Assembly: GCA_902781215.1 (NCBI GenBank)
Contig: CACZIO010000001.1
Span: 57,307 to 121,306, forward strand
Origin: an uncultured Lachnospiraceae bacterium
GTDB taxonomy: Bacteria > Bacillota > Clostridia > Lachnospirales > Lachnospiraceae
Direction: 5' to 3'
Length of the DNA: 64,000 nucleotides
Under the pieces are notes generated by a model that made no database searches, was not told the origin of the DNA, and was given only the letters and a program-made list of their open reading frames with translations. The position numbers were made by a program, and so were the translations under genes. Positions 37,992-48,125 of this stretch are shown here, one piece after another. Position 1 is the stretch's first letter. Every line of letters starts with the position of its first letter.

Positions 37992-39671
37992 ATGAATGCA
38001 TATGCGATTTCACTTTCCAAATATGTGAATACAGGGCTCATGGCGGCCTTTACGCTGCTGGCCTTTGCGGGCGCTGTCCCGCAGGGTCCGCGTCTGCGCC
38101 GGTTCATCGAGGCCCTGCAGCAGCTTTTGCTCGCCGCCTTCCTGGCAAACGCCAATTTCACGATCTCCAGGTTCGTGAGCGGAGATGTCCGGAGAAATCT
38201 CTTCCTCCTGTGCGGGATGGAAATCCTCTTTCTGATCTCCTTTATGGCCCTGTACAGGATCGTGCACGAGATGGCGGACATGTTCCTGTTCAACAACATC
38301 TGTATGCTGCTGTCCATCGGCTTTGTGATCATCACCAGGATCGCGGCCTACAACCTGGACGAGAGCCTCAGCTACAAACAGAATGAGCCGGTCAAGCAGT
38401 TTGTCATGGCCTCGGCGGGCCTTTTGCTCATGCTGATCATTCCCTTTTTCAGACGCTTTTTTGACGGCATGCGGCACCTTGGAATCGTGTTCGGCATCCT
38501 GGGGATCGCTGTCCTGAGCGGGGTCCTGCTCCTGAGCGTCGCGACCAACGGGGCCATGATCACCTATACGATTGCCGGCTTCACCTTCCAGCCCTCCGAG
38601 TTTGTCAAGATCCTCTACATCCTGATGCTGGCGGGCATGCTCAGCGGCGAGGTGTCCAGGGAAAAGGGAATCCTGGTCACCATCCTCTGCCTGGTGCACG
38701 TGGGCGTTCTGGTCCTCTCCAGAGACCTGGGGAGCGCCCTGATCTTCTTTGTCGTCTATCTGATGATGCTGTTTCTGGCGACCGGCCGCTGGATGGTCCT
38801 CTTCTCCGGGCTCGGGCTCGGGGCGGCGGGCTCCGTCATCTGCTATATGCTCTTTGAGCATGTGCGGGTCCGCGTGGAGATCTGGCAGGATCCCTTCAGC
38901 GTGATCGACACGCTGGGCTACCAGATTGCCCAGTCCCTGTTCGCCATCAGCTACGGCGGCCTCTGGGGCGCGGGGCTGACCCAGGGCGCGCCCCAGAACA
39001 TCCCCTTTGTGGAATCAGACTTTATTTTCGCTGCCATCATGGAGGAGATGGGGATGATCTTCGGGATCTGCCTGATCCTGATCTGCATCAGCTGCTTTCT
39101 GCGGATCCTGGCCCTGTCCGCCAGCTATTCCAACCGCTTTTTCCAGCTCTTTACCTACGGGACGGCGGTCTGCTACATCTTCCAGTCCTTCCTGACGATC
39201 GGCGGCGAGACCAAGTTCATTCCCCTGACCGGCGTCACGCTTCCCCTGGTCAGCTACGGCGGAAGCTCTCTTTTGTCCACCCTGATCCTGTTCGGGATCG
39301 TGGAGATGATCTATATCCTCCACGACGAGAGGACCGCCCGCTTCATGGAACGGTATGAAATGGAGCGGCAGGCCGGCCTGGATCCGGAGATCGGGGTCCC
39401 GGAAATGTGGAACGGGCAGTCCTCCTATGCGCAGGGGGCCGGGCAAGGCATGTACAGGCAGGAAAATGCCGCTTACCCGGATTCCGCCGGATTCCAACAG
39501 GAAACCGGAAGCAATGGCTTTTTCGGAGCCGGACAGCAGGGCAGTGCGGGCAGCGACAGCGGCTGGCAGAACGCTTATTTCAACGATCCCGGCGGTCTGG
39601 ATCCCGATGATGATATGGATAATTTTCCCGTCAACGGGATCTCGGAGGAAGGCATTTTTGATGATCCGTGA
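37992..39671 (+). CDS. SEDS family (FtsW/RodA/SpoVE) peptidoglycan polymerase with acidic C-terminal tail
   Basis: FQPSEFVK, RDLGSAL, GYQIAQS, SDFIFAAIMEEMG, LPLVSYGGSS. Confidence 0.92.
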   Translation: MNAYAISLSKYVNTGLMAAFTLLAFAGAVPQGPRLRRFIEALQQLLLAAFLANANFTISRFVSGDVRRNLFLLCGMEILFLISFMALYRIVHEMADMFLFNNICMLLSIGFVIITRIAAYNLDESLSYKQNEPVKQFVMASAGLLLMLIIPFFRRFFDGMRHLGIVFGILGIAVLSGVLLLSVATNGAMITYTIAGFTFQPSEFVKILYILMLAGMLSGEVSREKGILVTILCLVHVGVLVLSRDLGSALIFFVVYLMMLFLATGRWMVLFSGLGLGAAGSVICYMLFEHVRVRVEIWQDPFSVIDTLGYQIAQSLFAISYGGLWGAGLTQGAPQNIPFVESDFIFAAIMEEMGMIFGICLILICISCFLRILALSASYSNRFFQLFTYGTAVCYIFQSFLTIGGETKFIPLTGVTLPLVSYGGSSLLSTLILFGIVEMIYILHDERTARFMERYEMERQAGLDPEIGVPEMWNGQSSYAQGAGQGMYRQENAAYPDSAGFQQETGSNGFFGAGQQGSAGSDSGWQNAYFNDPGGLDPDDDMDNFPVNGISEEGIFDDP

Positions 39672-39827
39672 ACCCGGAAAGGAATTGTGATACGTGAAAA
39701 GGCACGGCCGTGCAGAAAAGGGCACGGTCATGCGAAATAATGCATCGCGATACAGGAATAACAGAACGCGTTGTGATATAGGAAGCGGACCGCATTTGTG
39801 ATGCGGGCTGCGGGAGCTGATGATCCT

Positions 39828-41420
39828 ATGTGGAAGAAGAGAATACAGGGCCCGCCGGAGGAGGCGGGCGTACGGATCCCGGATGCCGCAGACAGGCGGG
39901 GGATACCGGATGAATGGAATGAGGTCCATGTGGAGAGCGTGCGCAAAAAGGCCCGCCGCCAGATCGTGTTTACAGCCCTGATGTTCGTGGCGCTGTTTGC
40001 GGGGATGACGGTCTTTTTCTGCAGGTATGCCATCCTTCGCAAGAGCGAGCTCTTTGACAATGATTACAACAGCAGGGATCTCCTGCTGGAGGAGCACAAC
40101 CGGAGAGGACGGATCCTGGCGGCAGGCGGGGAGGAGCTGGCCTATTCGGACGAGGACAACAACCGCTACTACCCCTATGATACCCTCTTCTGTCACGCCG
40201 TGGGCTTTTCGGCCCTGGGCGGGAGCGGGATCGAGGAGTACATGAAATACGAGCTTCTGCACTCGGACATCCCCTTTTCCAGCAAGCTGGCGTGCGACCG
40301 GGAAGAGATCCGGTATCCGGGCAACGATGTGACGACCACGCTGGATCTGGATCTGCAGTCCTATGCCTGGGAGGCCCTGGGGGACCTGCGCGGGGCAGTC
40401 ATCGTGACGGAACCCTCGACCGGAAAGATCCTGGCCATGGTCTCCAAGCCGGATTTTGACCCGAACGGGATCGAGGCCCAGTGGGAGTACTACCGCACCG
40501 ACCAGAGCGGAAATGCCGTTCTGCTCAATCGCGCGACCCAGGGCGTCTATCCGCCCGGGTCGACCTTCAAGATCGTGGACGCCGTGGAACTTTTGCAGGA
40601 GGATCCGTCGGCCATTTACGACTTCTCCTTTGACTGTGACGACGGGATCTATGAGAACGGAGAGGAGTCCATCCACTGCTTTCAGAATGAGTACGGTGCC
40701 TATGAGGTCCATCACCAGCAGAACCTGGCACAGGCCTTTGCCCATTCCTGCAACAGCGCCTTCGCCAAGATCGTCACGGAGGATCTGGACGAGGACAGGT
40801 TCCGGAAGACCCTGGAGCGGATGTATTTTGACAAGCCCCTGCCCTACGACCTCCCCTGCGCCGAGAGCAGCTCACAGCTGCTGGAGGACCGCGATATCAG
40901 CGTCCACAACCTGATGCAGGTCGCCATCGGACAGGGCACGACCCAGGTGTCACCCCTGCACATGAACATGATCACCATGGCGGTGGCGAACGGGGGTGTC
41001 CTGATGCGGCCCTATATGGTCGACCACGTCAGCACGGCCGAGGGGGACCTCCTGCAGCAGTACAATCCCCGCCAGGCCGGGACCCTCATGGACGGGGAGA
41101 CCGCCTACATGGTCCGCCAGCTGATGCGGGCCGTCACCGAGGTCGCCTATGACGAGGAGACCGGCATGGATGTCTGGGGGACCGCCAGCGAATTCAACGA
41201 CACACAGAATTACATCGCCTTCGGCAAGACGGGCACGGCGGAATTCGGCGACGATGAGGATTCCCACGCCTGGTTTACCGGCTTTACGGTGGACGCGGAG
41301 GATTCCGAGGACGGGGACCCGCAGCTGTGCATCACAGTTCTGGTCGAAAACGGCGGCGTCGGGAGCGATAAGGCCGTTCCCATCGCCAAGCAGATTCTGG
41401 ACAGATGGTACGGACAGTGA
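39828..41420 (+). CDS. Class B penicillin-binding protein (transpeptidase), SEDS partner
   Basis: RRGRIL, PPGSTFK (SxxK), SCN (SxN), GKTGT (KTG); start could be 39798. Confidence 0.92.
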   Translation: MWKKRIQGPPEEAGVRIPDAADRRGIPDEWNEVHVESVRKKARRQIVFTALMFVALFAGMTVFFCRYAILRKSELFDNDYNSRDLLLEEHNRRGRILAAGGEELAYSDEDNNRYYPYDTLFCHAVGFSALGGSGIEEYMKYELLHSDIPFSSKLACDREEIRYPGNDVTTTLDLDLQSYAWEALGDLRGAVIVTEPSTGKILAMVSKPDFDPNGIEAQWEYYRTDQSGNAVLLNRATQGVYPPGSTFKIVDAVELLQEDPSAIYDFSFDCDDGIYENGEESIHCFQNEYGAYEVHHQQNLAQAFAHSCNSAFAKIVTEDLDEDRFRKTLERMYFDKPLPYDLPCAESSSQLLEDRDISVHNLMQVAIGQGTTQVSPLHMNMITMAVANGGVLMRPYMVDHVSTAEGDLLQQYNPRQAGTLMDGETAYMVRQLMRAVTEVAYDEETGMDVWGTASEFNDTQNYIAFGKTGTAEFGDDEDSHAWFTGFTVDAEDSEDGDPQLCITVLVENGGVGSDKAVPIAKQILDRWYGQ

Positions 41421-41439
41421 TATTATTTTGTAAATCTGC

Positions 41440-41468
41440 TTGCATTTGTCTTCTATATGTGGTATTAT
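41440..41468 (+). promoter_or_regulatory. Sigma-A promoter for the rimP-nusA-infB operon (extended -10)
   Basis: TTGCAT-17 nt-TATTAT preceded by TGG. Confidence 0.75.
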
Positions 41469-41546
41469 CGCTTAGGTTTATCTGAAAGATAGATCATGTT
41501 AAGCAGTATGCAGGCTTTGATCATGCAAAGTGAATATGTTTTATTG

Positions 41547-41574
41547 AGAGTGGGCCTGCAAGCCCACTTTCTTT
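41547..41574 (+). promoter_or_regulatory. rimP leader hairpin (weak terminator/attenuator-like)
   Basis: agagtgggc/gcccacttt stem followed by cttt in the 5' UTR; similar GAGTGGG..CCCACT hairpins precede Firmicutes rimP. Confidence 0.6.
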
Positions 41575-41699
41575 GTGCGTCCGGCAATCAGTCATGCACA
41601 GAAGAATCACACAGATCCTCCTGCGCGCCTGCCTGTCGTCATTTTGCTTATCCGTGCAGATCCACCCGGATCCGCGGACAGAGGTCTTCTGGAATCAAT

Positions 41700-42293
41700 A
41701 TGAAAGAAAAAAAATCCGGCAATTCGGTCAGACATCAGTATGAGGAGCGGGCAGAGCTTCTGGCGGCCCCTGTGGCAGAGCAGTTCGGTACCTATATCTA
41801 CGATGTCGAATATGTCCGCGAAGGACAGGAATATTACCTGAACATCTACATTGACAAGGAAGGCGGCGTCACGATCAATGACTGTGAGAACGTCAGCAGG
41901 ATCATTTCGGATGAGCTCGACAAAGAGGATTTCATCCGCGATCCCTACACCCTGATCGTCTCCAGTCCGGGACTGGGGCGGGCGCTGACCAAGGACCGCC
42001 ACCTGCGGCAGAGCATCGGCCTGGAGGTGGAGATCCATCTCTACAAACCTCACCCCGACCTGGGGGAGAAGGACCTGCGGGGCGAGCTGGTCTCGTTTGA
42101 CGACGACAATATCACGATCCTGACGGAGCCGCCCGTACCGGCTTCCGGCAGGAAGAAAAAGGGGAAAAAATCTCCCGACAGGAACGGCAGCACGGAAAAA
42201 GCGCAGGCCGCAGCGCCTGCGCAGGGAGAGGTTATGCAGCTGGTCGTGGACAGAAAGACGATCGGCTCCATCAGGCTGGCATTTGACTTTTGA
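41700..42293 (+). CDS. rimP: Ribosome maturation factor RimP with low-complexity insertion
   Basis: YDVEYVREG, IDKEGGVTINDCENVSR, YTLIVSSPGLGRAL; upstream of nusA. Confidence 0.95.
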   Translation: MKEKKSGNSVRHQYEERAELLAAPVAEQFGTYIYDVEYVREGQEYYLNIYIDKEGGVTINDCENVSRIISDELDKEDFIRDPYTLIVSSPGLGRALTKDRHLRQSIGLEVEIHLYKPHPDLGEKDLRGELVSFDDDNITILTEPPVPASGRKKKGKKSPDRNGSTEKAQAAAPAQGEVMQLVVDRKTIGSIRLAFDF

Positions 42294-42307
42294 GAAGAGG
42301 AGACAGC

Positions 42308-43648
42308 ATGAACACAGAGTTAAAAGAGGCGATTCTCGCCCTGGAAAAGGAAAAGAATATCAGCAGCGACACATTGTTTGAGGCCATTGAAAATGCGCTG
42401 ATCACCGCCTGCAAGAGCCATTTCGGAAAAGCCGAGAACGTGAAGGTCGAAATGGACAGAGATTCTTTTGACTACGCCTGTTTTGCCGAGAAGACGGTCG
42501 TGGAGACGCCTGAGGAGGTGGAGGACAGCCTCGAACAGATCTGCCTCGAGGATGCCGTCAAGATCCGGGGCGACGCCCAGGTGGGCGACATTGTCCGCGT
42601 CGACATCAACAGCAGAGATTTCGGCCGCATCGCCACTCAGATCGCCAAAAACGTGATCATGCAGAAGATCCGCGAAGAAGAACGCAGCGTGATCTATGAC
42701 TACTACATTGAAAAACAGCGCGATATCATCACCGGTATCGTGCAGAGACAGATCGGACGCAACATCAGCGTGAACCTGGGCAGGGCCGACGGCATGCTCA
42801 ATGAGAAGGAACAGGTCCCCGGTGAGCACCTGCATCCGACCGACCGCGTCAAGGTCTTCATCCTGGAAGTCAGGACGACCAGCCGCGGCCCCAGGATCCT
42901 GGTCAGCCGCACCCATCCGGACCTGGTGCGCCGGCTCTTCGAACAGGAGGTCGCCGAAGTCCGCGACGGCGTGATCGAGATCATGAGCATTGCCCGTGAG
43001 CCCGGCAGCCGCACCAAGATTGCCGTCCGCTCCAATGATCCCAACGTGGATCCCATCGGCGCCTGCGTCGGCAACAACGGATCCCGTGTCAACAATATCG
43101 TCGACGAGCTCCGCGGTGAGAAGATCGACATCGTGGTCTGGGACGAGAACCCCGGCAACTTCATCCAGAACGCCCTCTCTCCCGCCAACGTCGTGGCCGT
43201 GTTCGCGGATCCCGAGGAGAAATCGGCCAAGGTCGTTGTTCCCGATTATCAGCTGTCGCTGGCCATCGGCCGCGAGGGCCAGAACGCCAGACTGGCGGCC
43301 CGCCTGACCGGCTACAAGATCGATATCAAGAACGAGACCCAGGCCAGGGATGCCGTCGGCTTCCGCTACGAGGACTACCTCGACGACGAGGAGGACGAGT
43401 ACTACGAAGAGGACTACGAGGACGGCTACGGAGAAGAGGATGCCGCCGGTTCAGCTGATGAAGCGGACGATATGATCGAGGAGGCCGCGCCGGAGACGGA
43501 AGCGGATGCGGAGGAAACTGCGGCGGAAGAGGAAGCTGATCTCTCTGCAGAGGAAGATGCAGCCGACGAGTCTGCGGAAGTCGTGGAAGCTGAGGAAACA
43601 GCGGATGCGGAGCCGGCAGAGGAAGAGACTGTCGAAACCGAGGAATGA
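42308..43648 (+). CDS. nusA: Transcription termination factor NusA with acidic tail
   Basis: FGRIATQIAKNVI, S1 domain, AREPGSRTKIAV, LSLAIGREGQNARLAARLTG. Confidence 0.98.
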   Translation: MNTELKEAILALEKEKNISSDTLFEAIENALITACKSHFGKAENVKVEMDRDSFDYACFAEKTVVETPEEVEDSLEQICLEDAVKIRGDAQVGDIVRVDINSRDFGRIATQIAKNVIMQKIREEERSVIYDYYIEKQRDIITGIVQRQIGRNISVNLGRADGMLNEKEQVPGEHLHPTDRVKVFILEVRTTSRGPRILVSRTHPDLVRRLFEQEVAEVRDGVIEIMSIAREPGSRTKIAVRSNDPNVDPIGACVGNNGSRVNNIVDELRGEKIDIVVWDENPGNFIQNALSPANVVAVFADPEEKSAKVVVPDYQLSLAIGREGQNARLAARLTGYKIDIKNETQARDAVGFRYEDYLDDEEDEYYEEDYEDGYGEEDAAGSADEADDMIEEAAPETEADAEETAAEEEADLSAEEDAADESAEVVEAEETADAEPAEEETVETEE

Positions 43649-43741
43649 GCAGTCTGATCCGGTGAAGTCCTGCGGGTCCACAGGTCCCTGCCGGCACCGG
43701 AGAAAGCGTTTTTAAAAGAAATAGTGTACAGGAGGCAGAGC

Positions 43742-44017
43742 ATGCCGAAGAAAATACCGATGCGCACCTGCGTCGGGTGCGGGACGGTCCGGCCCAAAAA
43801 AGAACTGATCCGTGTCGTCATGACGCCGGAGGGAGAGATCCTGCCGGACAAGGGCGGACGGGCCGGCGGACGCGGCGCCTACCTTTGTAACGACCCCGCC
43901 TGTCTGGAGAGGGCGCTCAGGCGCAGGAGCCTGCAGCGCGCGTTCCGGGTCCCGCAGTCGGAGATTTCCGCGCCGGACCGGCTCCGCGAGGAGATCGGAG
44001 GGACGGATGCAGGATAG
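43742..44017 (+). CDS. ylxR: YlxR/RnpM family RNA-binding protein
   Basis: PMRTCVGC, ELIRVV, GRGAYLC. Confidence 0.93.
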   Translation: MPKKIPMRTCVGCGTVRPKKELIRVVMTPEGEILPDKGGRAGGRGAYLCNDPACLERALRRRSLQRAFRVPQSEISAPDRLREEIGGTDAG

Positions 44018-44321
44018 GGTGATGTCACTTCTGGGGCTGGCGGCCAGGGCCGGAAAGATCGTTTCCGGCGGCTTTTCCGCCGAGGACGCGGTTCGGAAGA
44101 AAAAAGCGTTCCTGGTACTGATCGCGGAGGATACGCAGGCCAACACAGTCAAGAAGTTTACAGATAAATGCAGTTATTATAAGGTGCCGATGCGTTTCTA
44201 TGGCACACAGGAGACGCTGGGGCACGCGGTCGGAAAGCAGTCCAGAGCCTGCATCGCAGTGACGGACAGCGGCTTTGCCGACGCGATCCTGCACAAACTG
44301 CCGCTGCAGGATGAACAGTGA
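44007..44321 (+). CDS. ylxQ: L7Ae/YlxQ family RNA-binding protein
   Basis: LLGLAARAGKIVSG, LGHAVGK; position between ylxR and infB. Confidence 0.92.
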   Translation: MQDRVMSLLGLAARAGKIVSGGFSAEDAVRKKKAFLVLIAEDTQANTVKKFTDKCSYYKVPMRFYGTQETLGHAVGKQSRACIAVTDSGFADAILHKLPLQDEQ

Positions 44322-44393
44322 GCCGTTATACTCATTAGCGGTATTCATTACAGTTAATCAGTATAATTATTATTTGAGGAGGGCGCAGTCAAG

Positions 44394-47303
44394 TTGGGTT
44401 CTGACATGTTTGAAGCAAGACAGGGTGAGACGGAAGAAAAAACCAGAGCAGCATCCGGATCGGGAGCAGGCAGCTCCGCACCGGAGGTGAAGCAGTCGGC
44501 TGCAGATGAGAAAAAACCTGCGGAAGACGCCAAAAAGCCCGCCAAGAAGAAAAAGATCATCATCGTGACCGGCGGAAACACGCAGGGCGGACAGCGCGGT
44601 GCCTATTCCAGCGGCACCGGTGCCTATACGTCCGGCGGTAACGGCGGACGCGGACCGAGAAACAGTGCGGGCGGCAGACGGGGACCCGGCAACGGCCAGG
44701 CCGCCGGCGGCAAGAAACCCGGTGATGTCCGCAGCGGACGCCAGGGCGGCAGAAATGACGGCCTCTCCAGGGGCGGTTCCGACCGCGGCGGACGCCAGGG
44801 CGGCGGACGCGGACGCACGCAGTCCGCGGCACCGGTCCATAAGCTGATCAAGCCCACCATCCGTCAGACACAGATGGAGGTGGATTACCATAAGCCCGTC
44901 CAGCAGCCCAGAAAATCCGAGGCGGTACGCCGCGCGGAGGAAGAGGCTGCGGCAGCGGCTGCAAGGGCAGCGGCTGCAGAGGCGGAAGCGGCAGCCGCAA
45001 GGGAAGCGGCCGCAAAAGCGGCCGAGGCCGAGTCAGCAGCGGCAGCAGCTGCTGCTAATGCAGCGGCACAGGCTCCCGCGAACAAGCCCGCCGAGGCGGC
45101 ACATGACGCCCAGGCACAGCCTGCTGCCGGTGATGCCGGCAGAAAGGATGCGGGCCGCACGGACAGAAAGCCTCAGGATGGATCCAGGCAGCAGCGCGGC
45201 AACGACCGCGCCGGCGGCGCAGGCCGGACAGGCCGCGGTTCCTCCGACGGACGCGGACAGCGCCAGGGCGGATCAGATGCCAGAGGCGGACGCGGCGGCG
45301 CAAGACCCGGCCAGGGAGCTGCAGGCGGCGGACGCGGCGGCGCAAGGCCCGGCCAGGGAGCTGCGGGCGGCGGACGCGGCGGCAATGCCGGCTTCGGCCA
45401 GGACAAGTCCCGCGGCAAGTCCCACGGCGAGAAGGACCGCAGATCCAGAAAGGATCAGATCTATAACGAGGACGAGAAGAGCCGCAAGAACAGAAGCGGA
45501 CGCTTCATCCGTCCCGAGAAGAAGGAAGAGGTTCCCGCAGAGGAGCAGATCAAGACCATCTCCGTGCCGGAGAAGATCTCCATCCGCGAGCTGGCTGAGC
45601 GCATGCATATGCAGCCCGCCGAGATCATCAAGAAGCTCTTCCTGCAGGGCAAGGCCATGACCCCCAACAGCGAGGTCAGCTACGAAGAGGCCGAAGAGAT
45701 CGCACTCGGATACGACATTCTCTGCGAGAAGGAGCAGGTCGTCGATGTCATCGAGGAGCTCCTGCGCGAGGACGAAGAGGACGAGGCCGATATGGTCTCC
45801 CGTCCGCCCGTCATCTGCGTCATGGGCCACGTCGACCACGGCAAGACCTCTCTGCTGGATGCCATCCGGTCCACCAATGTCACCGGCAAGGAGGCAGGCG
45901 GCATCACGCAGGCCATCGGTGCCTACATGGTCTCCGTCAACGGCAGGGACATCACCTTCCTCGATACGCCCGGCCACGAGGCCTTTACCGCCATGCGTAT
46001 GCGCGGCGCCAATTCCACGGATATCGCCATCCTGGTCGTGGCTGCGGACGACGGCGTCATGCCGCAGACCATCGAGGCCATCAACCACGCCAAGGCGGCC
46101 GGCGTCGAGATCATCGTCGCCATCAACAAGATCGATAAGGACGGCGCGAATCCGGACCGCGTCAAGCAGGAACTGACCGAATATGAGCTCATCCCCACAG
46201 ACTGGGGCGGCTCCACCGAATTTGTCGAAGTCTCCGCCAAGAGAGGCGACGGCATTGAGGATCTGCTCGAGACCATCCTGCTGACGGCGGATATCATGGA
46301 ACTCAAGGCCAATCCGGATCGCAAGGCCAGAGGCCTTGTCCTGGAGGCCAAGCTCGACAAGGGCCGCGGCCCTGTCGCCAACGTCCTGGTCCAGAAGGGC
46401 ACGCTCCACATCGGAGATTTCATCTCCGCGGGCGCCAGCTCCGGCAAGGTCAGGGCCATGATCGACGACAAGGGACGCCGCGTCAAAGAGGCCAAGCCCT
46501 CTCATCCCGTCGAGATCCTGGGGCTCTCCGATGTCCCCAGTGCCGGCGAAGTCTTCCTGGCTCACGAGGATCTGCAGACAGCCAAGTCCTACGCGGAGGC
46601 CTACAAGGTCCAGCGCAAGGAGGAGCTGATCGAGGAGACCAGGATGCGCATGAACCTGGACGACCTGTTCAGCCAGATGAAGGAGGGCACCCTCAAGGAG
46701 TTCAACCTCATCCTCAAGGCCGATGTACAGGGCTCCGTCGAGGCGCTGCGCCAGAGCCTGCTCAAGCTCTCCAACGAGGAGGTCGTCGTCAAGGTCATCC
46801 ACGCGGCTGTCGGCAATATCAACGAGTCCGATGTCTCGCTGGCATCGGCATCCAACGCCGTGATCATCGGATTCAACGTGCGTCCTGACATGATGGCCAA
46901 GTCCATGGCCGACCAGGAGAACGTCGACATCCGTCTCTATAAGGTCATCTATCAGGCGATCGACGCCATCGAGGCAGCCCTCAAGGGCATGCGGGCGCCT
47001 GTCTACGAGGAGCGCGTCATCGGTCACGCCGAGGTCCGTCAGCTCTTCAAGGCCTCCCGTGTCGGCAACATCGCCGGCTCCATGGTCATCGACGGCATTA
47101 TCCGCCGCGGCTGCAGCTGCAGGATCCGCAGGGGCGACGAGCAGATCTACGAAGGCAATCTGGCCTCCCTCAAGCGCTTCAAGGACGACGTCAAGGAGGT
47201 CCGTGAGGGCTTCGACTGCGGTCTCGTCTTCGAGGGATTTGACAAGATGCAGGTCGGCGACATCGTCGAGGCCTATGACCTCGTCGAGGTGCCCAGAGAC
47301 TGA
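44394..47303 (+). CDS. infB: Translation initiation factor IF-2
   Basis: [28 protein letters not shown]; TTG at 44394 follows GAGGAGG, alternative ATG at 44406. Confidence 0.98.
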   Translation: MGSDMFEARQGETEEKTRAASGSGAGSSAPEVKQSAADEKKPAEDAKKPAKKKKIIIVTGGNTQGGQRGAYSSGTGAYTSGGNGGRGPRNSAGGRRGPGNGQAAGGKKPGDVRSGRQGGRNDGLSRGGSDRGGRQGGGRGRTQSAAPVHKLIKPTIRQTQMEVDYHKPVQQPRKSEAVRRAEEEAAAAAARAAAAEAEAAAAREAAAKAAEAESAAAAAAANAAAQAPANKPAEAAHDAQAQPAAGDAGRKDAGRTDRKPQDGSRQQRGNDRAGGAGRTGRGSSDGRGQRQGGSDARGGRGGARPGQGAAGGGRGGARPGQGAAGGGRGGNAGFGQDKSRGKSHGEKDRRSRKDQIYNEDEKSRKNRSGRFIRPEKKEEVPAEEQIKTISVPEKISIRELAERMHMQPAEIIKKLFLQGKAMTPNSEVSYEEAEEIALGYDILCEKEQVVDVIEELLREDEEDEADMVSRPPVICVMGHVDHGKTSLLDAIRSTNVTGKEAGGITQAIGAYMVSVNGRDITFLDTPGHEAFTAMRMRGANSTDIAILVVAADDGVMPQTIEAINHAKAAGVEIIVAINKIDKDGANPDRVKQELTEYELIPTDWGGSTEFVEVSAKRGDGIEDLLETILLTADIMELKANPDRKARGLVLEAKLDKGRGPVANVLVQKGTLHIGDFISAGASSGKVRAMIDDKGRRVKEAKPSHPVEILGLSDVPSAGEVFLAHEDLQTAKSYAEAYKVQRKEELIEETRMRMNLDDLFSQMKEGTLKEFNLILKADVQGSVEALRQSLLKLSNEEVVVKVIHAAVGNINESDVSLASASNAVIIGFNVRPDMMAKSMADQENVDIRLYKVIYQAIDAIEAALKGMRAPVYEERVIGHAEVRQLFKASRVGNIAGSMVIDGIIRRGCSCRIRRGDEQIYEGNLASLKRFKDDVKEVREGFDCGLVFEGFDKMQVGDIVEAYDLVEVPRD
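45285..45383 (+). repeat. 42-bp tandem repeat (about 2.3 copies) in the infB N-terminal region
   Basis: ggcggacgcggcggcgcaag(a/g)cccggccagggagctgc(a/g)ggc, encoding [14 protein letters not shown]. Confidence 0.92.
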
Positions 47304-47428
47304 TACAGTATGCAGTTTCTGCATAAGCATGCATAAGATGGAACTGTGCGGCAGATCCCGCGCAGTGAGCCCGGAATCTGTATTTCTGCAAATTTCCAGG
47401 ACGGGAATCACCCGGGAACACTTTATCT

Positions 47429-47462
47429 CCCGGCCGGGGAGTCGGTCTCCGGCCGGGTTTTT
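47429..47462 (+). terminator. Intrinsic terminator between infB and rbfA
   Basis: cccggccgg/ccggccggg stem followed by ttttt. Confidence 0.7.
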
Positions 47463-47598
47463 CATTTGTACCGCGCAGGTGCCGGCACTGCCTGGTCCGC
47501 ACCGTCCGGCAGCTGCGGAGCATGTGCTGCTTTCAAAGTTGACGCTTCCGGGAATGACGGCGCCCTGCGCTGCGGCCTGAGAAGCAGATGAGGTATAT

Positions 47599-48027
47599 AT
47601 GCGTAAAAACAGTGTAAAGAACAGAAAGATCAATGACGAAGTGCGCCGTGTGCTCGCCCAGATCATCAGCGGCGGGATCAAGGATCCCCGCATCAGCCCC
47701 ATGACCAGTGTCCTGGCGGTCGAGGTCGCACCCGACCTCAAGACCTGCAAGGCCTGGATCAGCGTCTACGGCGACGAGGAGAAAAAGGCCCAGACCATGG
47801 AGGGCCTGGAGAGCGCCGCGGGCTTTGTCCGCGGAGAGCTGGCGCGCAGGATCAACCTGCGCCACACCCCGCAGATCAAGTTTATCGCGGACGACTCAAT
47901 CGCCTACGGCGTGGAGATGTCCCACCGGATCGATGAAGTGCGCGCGGTCGACCGCATGGCCGAAGCGGCGCGCGGAGAAGCGGAGGATGCTGCGGAAGGA
48001 ATGGATTCCGGGACAGAAGAGAAATAA
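47599..48027 (+). CDS. rbfA: Ribosome-binding factor A
   Basis: IKDPRI, VAPDLKTCKAWIS, LRHTPQIKFIAD. Confidence 0.96.
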   Translation: MRKNSVKNRKINDEVRRVLAQIISGGIKDPRISPMTSVLAVEVAPDLKTCKAWISVYGDEEKKAQTMEGLESAAGFVRGELARRINLRHTPQIKFIADDSIAYGVEMSHRIDEVRAVDRMAEAARGEAEDAAEGMDSGTEEK

Positions 48028-48125
48028 GCCCTCCGCCCGGACTTTTTCGCGTAAAACCGTCTGAGAGCTTCCCCGGTTTTTGAGGGGATCTGAACGACCA
48101 GGCGGCCTACAGGACAGGAGAAATC

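Noticed and set aside
39686-39701. parS-like sequence near tgtgatacgtgaaaag
   Set aside because: Only about 11/16 match and not palindromic
45273-47750. 825-aa minus-strand ORF
   Set aside because: Codon-aligned antisense of infB; composition typical of shadow ORFs
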